Assembly: GCA_030264375.1 (NCBI GenBank)
Contig: JASCQW010000001.1
Location: 93,473,182-93,537,181, forward strand
DNA: 64,000 nt
Reading direction: 5' to 3'
Origin: Carcharhinus longimanus
Taxonomy: Eukaryota
Of the stretch, positions 52,701 through 63,127 are shown piece after piece. The position numbers and the translations under genes are program-made. The notes under the pieces are model-generated. The model saw only the letters and a list, made by a program, of their open reading frames with translations, had not been told where the DNA came from and did not search any database. Within the stretch, counting starts at the first letter, position 1; each line of letters opens with the position of its first letter.

Positions 52701-53938
52701 ATTCAGCCTCCAGTTATTCAATTTGCTTGTTTTATCTGCATGCTACTTTCTCAAGCTACAAAGTCATTTGACTATAAAGCCACAGATAGACAAGTGGAAA
52801 GATATATTTATAACTAAGGCATGGGGCTGATTTTTCCCCTGCTGGCATACTGTGGGATTCTGTGTCATGTCAAGTTTCTGTTGCACAAAATAGTGACAAG
52901 GAGACCCCTCCCCCATCCCCAAACATGCTCCTAGTTCAGACCAGATGGAAAGTCTGAACAGCAGCTATCTATCTGTGTCTGCCTGGTTCCAGGATAAATA
53001 CACAGCCAGAATGGCAATGCATATTGCTGCTTTGTTTAAGATTTTTTATTTATGAGCTCGTGTGGACATATTAAATGAATCTTGAAGTTCTTTGTTAGAC
53101 AGAGATACAAATGATGATATAACATAATACTGCATTCTCTGCATCTCAAACATTAATGGATAATCAAGGTTGGCGTTATGGATGCAAACTCTAATGGTCA
53201 GAACGTGAGACTTTTTTTCAAGCCATTTCTTCAACAAACCAGCTGCAAACAACATAACTTAAAAAATACTAAGAAATGCTAGCATTACACCCAATAGTTC
53301 ACTTTAGACTTTGAAACAAATTGGTCATCCAAACTCCAAAAAGAGTGCTAGGTGTCTTCACAGAACGAGATCTGATGGCCTCTATAGTGGAAGGTAAGAA
53401 TTAGTGTAATTCAGCCACTGATGTTCATGAGCCGGAAGTGGGTGGTAGTGCAGTCAACATGGGAGCTCAGCACTTGCTGCTCAGTAATGGATTAGGCCTT
53501 GGTCAGCTTCCATCAGGCAGCCTTCCATTCAATGAAAGACATTACATGAAAACCCTACCGAGGGAAGCAATCAACTTTCTTCTGGAACATAGCTTGCTTA
53601 CTCCAGGGTGGAATGGAAGCAGCCACCCCCTGCTTCCATTTCTTTTACTACCTGCCCGAGGGGTTCTTATTGCCCTCGAACTTCCAGTGCGTCTTCTGCG
53701 TTTGTCAAAACTGACAGCTCTGTTAAATTCTGAGCGTGTGAAGGGCAGTGCAGAGGCCAGCAGGCTGGACTTTGCCGCTACTGCAAAACAAAAGACCACC
53801 ATGCTAAACTGGCAGTGTGAAGTTCTCCTACCATGTTTGTCAGTGCAGCATTAATGTTTAAAATGGACATGACAGCAAGAACTGTTCACTCGCTAGCTTC
53901 CTAAAAAAAACAAGAAACAAAACTAAATCAACTATCAA

Positions 53939-54041
53939 GAATAAAAACAGAAAATGCTGGAAAAGCTCAGCAGATCTGGCAGCATCTGTGGAGAAAGAAT
54001 AGAGCCAACGTTTATAAGTCTGGGTGACTCTTCATCGGAGC
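53939..54041 (-). mobile_element. Penelope-like short repeat with a decayed hammerhead
   Basis: Minus strand: ctccgatgaagagtcacccagacttataaacgttggctc..tccacagatgctgccagatctgctgagcttttccagcattttctgtttttatt; both cores altered (CCGAUGA, AUAAA). Confidence 0.6.
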
Positions 54042-54044
54042 CAG

Positions 54045-54450
54045 TTAAATGATGGCTGACTTGCATTGTAACTGCAATTATGCACCAAGTTCCATATTAT
54101 TTAATGCTTTTGCCAAATAAAACTTATCAATCTCAGTTCTGAAAGCTTCAATTTATTCTCAGCCTCAATAACTTTGAAGAGACTTCTAGATTTCCACTCC
54201 ACTTTCTATGAGGAATGTTTCCTGATACCCCCAATTGACCCATTTGTAATTTTAAGGTCACTGCTGCTTGTTCTGGACTCCCCCACCAAAGGGAATTGGT
54301 TGTCTATCAATTTGTCCATCGATCATACCCAATGCTTTAATCATTTCCTAAACCTCAATTAGATCACTCATGGGGATATGTGTAGTCCATGCAAATTATC
54401 TTCAGAGTGTAACCTTTTGAGCCCTGGTATCATTCTGATATATCTCCCCC
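54045..54450 (-). mobile_element. Old CR1 3' fragment
   Basis: cttatcaatctcagttctgaaagcttcaatt..ttctagatttccactcc..ttctggactcccccacc..aacctcaattagatcac..gccctggtatcattctg. Confidence 0.55.
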
Positions 54451-54669
54451 TGTCAGCAGGAATCACTGAATCATGATCTGGAATAAAAATCCTGGCAGAG
54501 ACCAAACTGCAACATGACTCGAGCTCCAACCAAGTCAACACGAATTAAGGGATCCAGGAGTTTGAAAGGCTATGATCTGCTATACATTTACTTATGCAAG
54601 CTGTAAAATAAAGAAAAAATTGAGTGACCAAAGATCAAACATGCAATAGCAACATGGTATGCTCACGGA

Positions 54670-54982
54670 ATCAGAGAAGGAGGCTATTTGACCTACTGAG
54701 TCTGCACTGACTTTCTGAAAGAGCATCTTACCCAGGCCCACCCACTATCCCTGAAGCCCCATGCATTTGCCATGGCTAATTCACTTAACCTACATATCTT
54801 TGAACACCAAGAGACAATTGAACATGACCTAAGCTGCACATTTTTGGACACTGGGAGGAAACCGGAGCAAACCCATGCAGACACAGGGAGAAGGTACAAA
54901 CTCCACACAGACAAACTCTACCCAAGGCTGGAATTGAACCAGTGTCCCTGGCACTATGAGGAAGCAGTGCTAACCACTGTGT
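54670..54982 (-). mobile_element. HE1 V-SINE
   Basis: cagagaaggaggctatttgacc...ggaggaaaccggagc..aacccatgcagacacagggagaa..gcagtgctaaccactgtg. Confidence 0.85.
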
Positions 54983-55515
54983 AACACTGGAAAATTTCAT
55001 GTGAAACCGAAATGTGTTGCTGCATTTATGTTCAGCCTGTCTTTTACACCATTAGAAACTGGCCTTGTGCAATGTAGGAGACCTGGAGAATGTAGCTCTA
55101 TATATTTTAGTTGTGTATCCCATTTCCAAAAGCTTACAATAAAAACATAAAACTGCTTTCGAGGCACGCTATTAAGTGTAGTTTAACAGTTCAACATTCT
55201 CTCGCCACTCTCTCTTTAAAAGTTTGTAAACTGGTTTCCTGCTGTGAGGTATGTCTTGAGCCATGTTAATGGTGCTTGAAATTGACATTATTACTAATTA
55301 AATGCCTCATATAACATGCACAAGGTCTTGTAATTGCATTGCAAAATCTTAGTAAGAAAATGGTCTTTGGACTCAAAGAATAAGTATTTCAATGTTTGTT
55401 AATGCAACAAGACAAGTGTCCAAGAAACTCCTCCAGTCATTCTAATGGACTTGACAGTGTGTATCAGAATTATAAATAATCTCAACCTTAATTTCTAGCT
55501 GATACCAAATTTGTT

Positions 55516-55837
55516 CATAGAATCTCTACAATACAGAAAGAGACTATTTGGCCCATCGAGTCTGTACCAATCACAATCCCACCTAGGCCCTACCCCATAT
55601 CCCGACATATTTACCCACCTACACATCTCAGGACACTAAGGGGTAATCTTAGCACGGCCAATCAACCTAACCCGCACATCTTTGGACTGTGGGAGGAAAC
55701 CAGAGCACCCAGAGGAAACCCACGCGGACACGGGGAGAATGTGCACAGAGACAGTGACCCGAGCCGGGAATCGAACCCGGGCCCCTGGGGCTGTGAAGCA
55801 GCAGTGCTAACCCACTGTGCTGGTACCGTGCCACCCA
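55516..55837 (-). mobile_element. HE1 V-SINE about 130 bp downstream of the Nodal exon
   Basis: catagaatctctacaatacagaaag...gggaatcgaacccggg..gcagtgctaacccactgtgct..ccgtgccaccc. Confidence 0.9.
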
Positions 55838-55949
55838 ATAACGTCAGCCTAACTGTGACACTGATAAATAAACTTTAAACCGGTTACAACGAGGCTTTTG
55901 TTACAATGGGCTTTCCCCCAAATCATCGGATGCAAGGGTTGGGTGTAGA

Positions 55950-56800
55950 GCGTGAGGTGGCATTACCTGCATGTAGGCATGGTTGGTAGGTTTGGTGTCC
56001 TCCCCGGATGGCGACGGGCACTCTCCCTCACAGCGGAAAGCGTTAAATATCTTCGGGTAAATGACCCAGGCTCCCCAGCCAATCTTACCGAACTTGACCT
56101 GGAACTTGATCCTCCGGCACTTGGCCGGGCCGTGGCTCTGCTGGTGGTGCCGGGGTCTCCGGTGAAGGGAGGGGGGGCCGCTCCGTTGGCCCCGGCCCCT
56201 CCCCGTGCCGCGCCGGCGAGCGTTCTTCAGCCGCCGTGCCAGCTCCTGCTTTGGGCGGCGGCCCTTCCGCTTCCGGGGCTTGCGCACGTGCTTGGAGCCC
56301 GTGGCGTCGTTCAGGAGCGAGGAGGCCGGCAGGCAGCTCTGCTCGGGCCTCCGGGAGAACACCAGCAACAGCGCCGTCTCCTCGGACTCCGTCTGACCCT
56401 GGACGGCGCCAGCCGAGGGCAGGGACCTCCTCCTCCTCCTCCTACAGGCCGGATTCTCCGGCCAGTGCGGCCTAGCCTCCCCGGCCTCGCCGCTGGGCCC
56501 CCTCCGGTCGACCCAGCGCCTCAGGATGTCCGTGACGTTGTAGACGGCACAGCCAGCGGCGTCCTCCAGCACCGCACCCGGAGGGAAGGAGCCCAGGAAG
56601 AGCTGGTCCCGGCACACAGCCGATCCGCACGGGTACTCTGATTGGTGATGGAGCTCCAGCGGGGAGCAGGACTTGGCAAAGGCCGGCACACTGATCCTCA
56701 ACTCGGCAAACCGCAGTGTCTCACTGGCCACCAGGGTGGACATATCAAATGTCAGAATCCACCGGCTCCCGTTGTGGTGAAAACCTAGGACCGGGAGAAG
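55950..56800. promoter_or_regulatory. CpG-island-like GC-rich segment coinciding with the Nodal exon
   Basis: Abrupt rise in GC and CpG (e.g. ccgtgccgcgccggcgagcg) relative to the AT-rich, CpG-poor rest of the window; judged by eye, not computed. Confidence 0.7.
55967..56784 (-). CDS. nodal: Nodal (TGF-beta superfamily) internal coding exon 2: prodomain, furin site and N-terminal half of the mature cystine-knot domain
   Basis: Translation contains WILTFDMSTL..LRFAELRI (prodomain), VYNVTDILRRW, LLLVFS, RRPR|HH and CRRIKFQVKFGKIGWGAWVIYPKIFNAFRCEGECPSP..KPTNHAYMQ, matching human NODAL RHRR|[47 protein letters not shown] as recalled. Acceptor ccttctcccggtcctag|GT at 56785-56786 (phase 1) and donor CAG|gtaatg at 55966 (phase 0) are the canonical Nodal exon-2 boundaries. 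818 nt = 2 nt + 272 codons, no stops. Paralog identity (Nodal1 vs Nodal2) not proven. Confidence 0.93.
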
Positions 56801-56811
56801 GACATGGAGAT

Positions 56812-56935
56812 GTAGAGTCATTGAGGTTTACAGCATGGAAACAGGCCCTTCGGCCCAACCTGTCCATGCCCCCCCTTTCTTTGTACCACTAAGTTAACCA
56901 ACTACCTGTATTTTGGCCCCTATCCCCTCTATACC
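56812..56935 (-). mobile_element. CR1/HER1 3' end abutting the Nodal splice acceptor
   Basis: tagagtcattgaggtttacagcatggaaacaggcccttcggcccaac is the reverse complement of the same tail type seen at 1690-1730. Confidence 0.75.
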
Positions 56936-57184
56936 CATAGAAACATAGAACCCTACAGTGCAGAAGGAGGCCATTCGGCCCATCAAGCCTGCACCGACCA
57001 CAATCCCATCCAGGCCTTTTCCCCATAGCCCCGTGTATTTACCCTAACTAGTCCCCCTGACGCTGAGGGGCAATTTAGCATGGCCAATCCACCCTTACCC
57101 GCACATCTTTGAACTGTGGGAGGAAACCAGAGCACCCGGAGGAAACCCACGCAGACACGAGGAGAATGTGCAAACTCCACACAG
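56936..57184 (-). mobile_element. HE1 V-SINE (5' part lost in a gap)
   Basis: catagaaacatagaaccctacagtgcagaaggaggccattcggccc...gaaacccacgcagacacgaggagaatgtgcaaactccacacag, then Ns. Confidence 0.9.
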
Positions 57185-57284
57185 NNNNNNNNNNNNNNNN
57201 NNNNNNNNNNNNNNNNNNNNNNNNNNNNNNNNNNNNNNNNNNNNNNNNNNNNNNNNNNNNNNNNNNNNNNNNNNNNNNNNNNNN

Positions 57285-57382
57285 TCTCTCTCTCTGCAGA
57301 TGCTGCCAGACCTGCTGTATTTTTCCAGCATTTTCTATTTTTACTTCAGATCTCCAGCATCTGTGTTGTTTCACTTTTATTT
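57285..57382 (+). mobile_element. Penelope-like short repeat (family of 53939-54041)
   Basis: tctctctgcagatgctgccagacctgctgtatttttccagcattttctatttttacttcagatctccagcatctg. Confidence 0.65.
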
Positions 57383-57650
57383 AAATATTAAGATATTGGT
57401 TGAGGCAAAACCTTAATCAGCTTGAAATCAATGCATGTTGAACTTGCCCAGGTCTTCGTACCAATTTCCAAATGATTTTCTTTCCTCTGCAGCTTCTTCC
57501 ATCTTTCCTAGATTTAAAGGACAAGCAGGCTGGCTGCTCCCACAGCTTTGTTCACTCATTCTGACACCAAGTGGCAAGATGGGTTTAGAGGCAGGCAACT
57601 TAAATTACTTTACTGATTTGCCCTTATTAACCTCCAGGGAAATACCTGGC

Positions 57651-57941
57651 TGGGGTGGCACAGTGGTTAGCACTGCAGCCTCACAGCACCAAAGACCCAC
57701 GTTCGATTCCCAGTTTGGGTCACTGTCTGTGCTGAGTCTGCATGTTTTCCCTGTGTCTGCATGGGTTTCCTCTGGATGCTCTGGTTTCCTCCCACAGTCC
57801 AAAAGATGTGCTGATTAGGTGTACTAGCCATGCTAAATTCTCCCTCCGTGTACCCGAACAGGCACCAGAGTGTGGTGACACGGGGATTTTCACAGTACCT
57901 TCATTGCAACGTTAATGAAAGCCTATTTGTGACAATAATAA
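57651..57941 (+). mobile_element. HE1-like V-SINE, alternative-tail variant
   Basis: HE1 head and V-core, then tgctaaattctccctccgtgtacccgaacaggcaccagag..ggggattttcacagtaccttcattgcaacgttaatgaaagcctatttgtgacaataat; the same tail as 1750-1881. Confidence 0.85.
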
Positions 57942-60900
57942 TTTTTTTCCTTCCCTTTTTGGAACAGCAGAGATCTGAAACCAATCATGTTGGGAAGAGT
58001 TAGCTTGAGCGATGCCACTTCCGGTTTCCCTTGCATTGTGCCAATGCCCTCAAATCTTCATATAAATTATCATATCATCCAAAGTTGATAATCAGGCATA
58101 GCATTCCAATGAAGCAATATCTTTCAGTTCATGCTCAAATGCTGCATTAAATTTTGCAATTTACATTACTATTTCATACTTGTATGTCAATCATCCAAAT
58201 TTTAAATTTGAAGAATCAGAATAGTATCGAAGATTGCTCATTGCACAAAAAAACTTAAGCCATTTCTGCAGTCTAACTCATGTCCATGTCAATAAATCTT
58301 AAATCACAGCAGCCTGTAGCCATCAGTCCAAATTTAGCTCCTGTCTCCTTTTTGTCTTTGTCCTTTGGTAACAGTAATGAGTTGTACTTGTCATCACTTA
58401 AAGGGCAGACTTATTCAAAACTCCTTACCATCATCTCCCCTCTTCTCTCTGACATTTTCATTATTCAGACCTATAGATTCCCTGACACTTCTTCTCTGAC
58501 CTTTGATCCTTCCTTTAGAGGCCACATTCAAACAGAACAACAAAACACGTTTATTGCCAACCCTGGTTTGTCTGTGATCTCTCATAAATGACCAAAGATC
58601 AGAGTTCCTTTTCTCAATCGACTGGCACTAATGAAAGATAAAACCTCCTTTTTCCTTCTAACGACTCCCTTTGCTCAATTTCAATGTAACTATCAGCAGA
58701 GACTCAGGCGCCCATGGCCAGGGCTCTGGCTGTGCTATACATCCACAGCACCAATGAGACGCGTCAGCATTAGGTAGTTCGGTATTTACTCCTGTTAGCT
58801 TTCCTGTTGATTTATATTAAAGGTCTTTCAACTGATCGACAGAATGGCACAGAAAAGGAAGAACACTTGTGCTGTGCAACACAAAAAGCAGAAACTAGTG
58901 TTTAATAGCATTGTGAAAGGTAGGGGCAATTCATGGGAGGACTGATCCATAGAGATCTAACCAAGTGAATTTGTATTTGGTAAATATTCAGCATCTCTGG
59001 ATGTTTTTCCAAGAATCTGTTGATTTAGCCAGAAAAGTCTAGTTTACATTAAATTTATTGACAATACCGTATAGTCAACAAAGATTTGACATGGCACTGA
59101 ACTGCGTGACTGAATTTTGATGCAATGAAGGGGTGTTCAGAAAAAGAAATGCCATGAAGTCATTTGATCATCTCTGCACTGTATAATTTAACCATTGTAC
59201 TTCCAGCATTGAACTGACAAATGCTGAAAAGAACTCCTGATATGAACTAATGGTTTAATAGATCTGCAGACATTGGTTAAGTAGGGAATCTGAACTAATG
59301 AATGTACAATCGGATATTGGATGTTCTTTACATACTATGTTACATTTAATGGGAAAACAAGATGGGATAAGAGAATTTAAAATCAAGCACAAAATAGAAA
59401 ATGAAATCATGCAACAAAATGTTTGTTCTCGAGTTACATTTGTTTATCTGGTCTTCTCCTCATGTGTCTTCAATAATGAAAGAAAACACTGAATTTGTAA
59501 TCCAAAACTTATGGCAGCATTCCCGATTACCCTGCTGAAGATTTGGGGCAATTAAACAGATCTTTTCCAGCAAAGATGCAAAAACTTATAGGCACATTAA
59601 ATGTACAGGCATCATGAATTATTCAGCTCAAGTTCTGTGGATGTGAAACCACAATGCTTTGAACTTCCAGAAGGCATTTTTTTTTGCATTCTGGGGGAAT
59701 ACTCCACAAAGTCTCCAGGTTGAAGCTGATTCACTCTGGGTTTGCTATTGGGGAATTTAGTCCCTTTATCTGTCATCTAATGCTATAATCATAGAGAATT
59801 GTACAGTCATTAACATTATTAAAACTACATTTCAAAATAACTTCGTGGAAATAATGTGTTGTTCACGACACTTTGAAACAAACTTATAGATCGCATAGCA
59901 TAGTGCGTGTTACAAGCAATTCAACATTTTGTAAGCATTAAAAAGTTATTAAATGATGAGTCAATACAACACATTATCGTAATACAACTCATTTTGCAGA
60001 AAAAATACTAACTGTTTGGTTAGACTCTAATTGCTTTTATAGTGGACATAGTGGGGTCATGGGCCACTAGATCCCACCACTCCGGTCTTGTACAAGTGAT
60101 GGCAAGTACAAAGTAAACTTGCCTAAGTTGCAACAAGAAGAATCCCATTGAAACAAACATAAAAGCTGAAGAGAATAGTGAACATCTTCGCAATTTGCAG
60201 TCATTAGAATACATGGCAATATAAAACAATAGGACACTGAGCTTTCTATACACTGTGGGCACAAATTGGCTTTGGATAAACTGCAGAAAAACTGTGCCTC
60301 GCTATATTGCACTTGTTTGGATGAAAGTAAAATACATTGGCAGCATATGTAGAAGTTTTCACACAATCTAATAACCACCAGTTCAAAATCATAATTAGGT
60401 GTATTCTAGAGATTACTTCACATTCAGCAGCATTTGCAGAACAGTTTGGAACATGCTGCAATTAGCATTCAAAAATGATCTTCTGTAAGAATGATCGGTT
60501 GAGACTCATTTAAGTCCCTTTTAATGAGAATGCCCACAGTTTGTTTTGCCATCCTATTTCCATTTAGTGCACAATTCTTTTTACAGACCCTTTCAGCTTC
60601 CATCAGAGAACTACTGCACTATCTGCAAATGAACTGAAAGACTATGGCACTTTTCATCCACTAATTAAAGTGCTGTTTGCACCCATTGATCCAAATAACT
60701 TTTAATAAAAATTGGATTCTGGCTATTTCCTCACGCTTGTGTGATATTCTGCTTCTTTTGAGGCTCACAGCATGCATTATCAGAGCACAGTAGGACTGTT
60801 TACCCTGTCAATCACCTGTCAATCCTCAGAGGGTTCGACAAACACTCCCTGTGGCTAGCCACTGTCTCTCAGAATACTGTAATTATCATTCTGGCATCTT

Positions 60901-62230
60901 CTACTGTCAAGTCCATTTCAGAAACCCTTTCAAATATTTTGAAACCACCTTCTTGCTCCTCAAATTATTTGCGTGACTACTTTGCCTGCTATATTCTGAA
61001 TCTGATATGGTGCTAACTGGAAGTGTTAATGTTTCCACTTGGAAAAAAGCTTATCTTAAACAGCCATGGCTCAAAGTGTTAATGCAGGCTTCAAAGCTGC
61101 CAGATCGCTACACATCCAGCCACTGGGCTCCAAGTTGGGCGAGCGAACTCCCAGGTGCTGGCACTCGGTGCTGAAGCAGCGATTTACAATTAGTGATAAT
61201 GCATGCGTTGTTTAGTCATTAGCAATTGCTACCTCCGCCAATGTTTTCCACGTCAGATTGTGGCACTTGGCACTCTCCTCCGTGCCTCTGGCTCACTCCT
61301 CCAATACATTCATTTATAAACAGAATAACAGTGTGTTTATTTCCCTTCCACAATCTGGCAGGGAAGGAAGTGTTGGTGGAAAATATGCAGCTTCTCACCA
61401 GGAATCCGGAGTGTTCCCTCACTCTCTTGGTTTTTCAATGGCACAGACATCAATCGCCTTTCTCCACAAAAGGCAAAAACTGGCAAACTTACCTACTCTT
61501 GACTATTATGTCTGATTCTTGGCAGAACTAGCTACTTTGGCCAGCTGATAAAACCTACGGTTAAATTATGGCTGGTTATCTGCATGAACTGTCTGACATT
61601 TGCCAAGCTCTGATTAGTACTTCCTGAACCACAATGCTTATGCTTATTGTTATAGACCAAATTGTCCAGGAATCTCCCTGTCACTTTCAGGACAATTTCA
61701 TCCATGTTCTTTAAGCTAAGAGTGTTTCTTGTGTGTGCAGACAAACTAAGGAGCAAGACTGTTATAGGTCTCTATGTTAAAACTAAAAGCAAGCACTTAC
61801 TTATAGTCAGGATAACCTCTAGTTGTTAGACTAACACTGGAGTAAGCCCAGTGATGTAAATGAACCAACACACATGCCACTGAAATTGTTAAATGTCTCG
61901 CTCAGTGCGAGTTGTATTGGGTGCCTCTGATGGAAATTAATCATTGGCAAAGCCAAATTGTCATCAACGCTGCCTGTAACAGTGAAAGACCCTGGCACAG
62001 TTTCACCAAGGAGATTTTGTTCAATTGTGCCACTGCAGTTTGTAACTTCTGAGGAACAGCTTTCACTGGAAAAGGAGCATTAAGAACATGTGTTTCTTCT
62101 TGAGGAGGAGAAGGCAACATTCCTGGCAGAATGACCACCACAAAATTACTCTAGTCAATAAAAATGAACCAATATTTAACAACAACATTCATTTGGCAGC
62201 ATTTGGTCTACTGTTTAGATATATATGAAG

Positions 62231-62486
62231 AATCATAGACTCCCTACAGTGCAAAAGGAGGCCATTTGGCCCATCAGGTCAGCACTGAACACAATCCTAC
62301 CCAGGCCCGATTCCCGTAACCCCACTTATTTACTCTGCTAATCCTCCTGACACCATGGTCAATTTAACATGGCCAATCAACCTAATCCGCACATCTTTCG
62401 ACTGTGGGAGGAAACCAGAGCACCCGGAGGAAACTCACACAGGCAGTCACCTGAAGCAGGAATTGAATCAGGGTCCCTGGCACTGC
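62231..62486 (-). mobile_element. HE1 V-SINE (internally deleted)
   Basis: aatcatagactccctacagtgcaaaaggaggccatttggccc..ggaggaaaccagagcacccggaggaaac..ggaattgaatcagggtccctggcactg. Confidence 0.85.
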
Positions 62487-62849
62487 ATGTGCAAAACAGT
62501 TTCAAATAAAGGGCTTAATGGGCACACAAGTTAGAGATTCATCCATCCTTGAACCTCGTGACTTAGGACATTCTCCCAGTAGTATCATGTGTGTGTGCTG
62601 GAGAGTCAGAGTTACATCCTTTAGGTTAGAATGTTAAACTAAGGCTCCAACTACTACCTGAGTGCTTCAGATGATTGCTGAAGAGCTCATTGGCACTATT
62701 CAAAGCAAGGCAAGGAGTTTTTCCTCAACAAAACTTTATAGAAATATATTAACTAATTACTGGTGGTAAAGTTAATAAAATATATAAAAAGCACCATAAA
62801 TAAGTAAATAATTAAGTAATCAGATTGGCAGTAGCAGCCTGGATGAAGA

Positions 62850-63127
62850 GTTCTCAGAATGCTTTCAAGATAGCTTCATTGAGCAATGCATCCAGGGAGC
62901 AGCTTTTATTAGACTGGGTATTGTGTAATGTGACAGGATTAATTAATGACCTCAGAACAATGGCACCCCTAGGTAGCAGCGACTGCAATATGACTGAGTT
63001 TTACATCCCATTTGAAAGGGAGGAGAGTGGATTTGAAACTTATATTTTAAACTGAAAGGCAACTATGCGGACATGAAAGTTGAGCTAGCAGAAGTGAACT
63101 GGGATTCTAGGCTAGGGGACAGATCAA
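62850..63127 (+). mobile_element. CR1 ORF2 endonuclease/linker fragment
   Basis: REQLLLDWVLCN..LINDL..PLGSSDCNM.EF resembles the C-terminal APE motif (LDL.L.N...LG.SDHN). Confidence 0.7.

Noticed and set aside
53542-53802. Minus-strand segment with a strong acceptor (ttttgttttgcag at 53781) and an SLL motif as candidate Nodal exon 3
   Set aside because: Phase-0 splicing gives an immediate TAG. The adjacent NAGNAG site gives RQSPACWPLHC..VRGQ*. Neither has the CC.P or CGC motifs, and SLL is not preceded by an AG acceptor.
55952-56641. 229-aa plus-strand ORF (and shorter ones) antisense to the Nodal exon
   Set aside because: Stop-poor shadow of GC-rich coding sequence; no recognisable domain.
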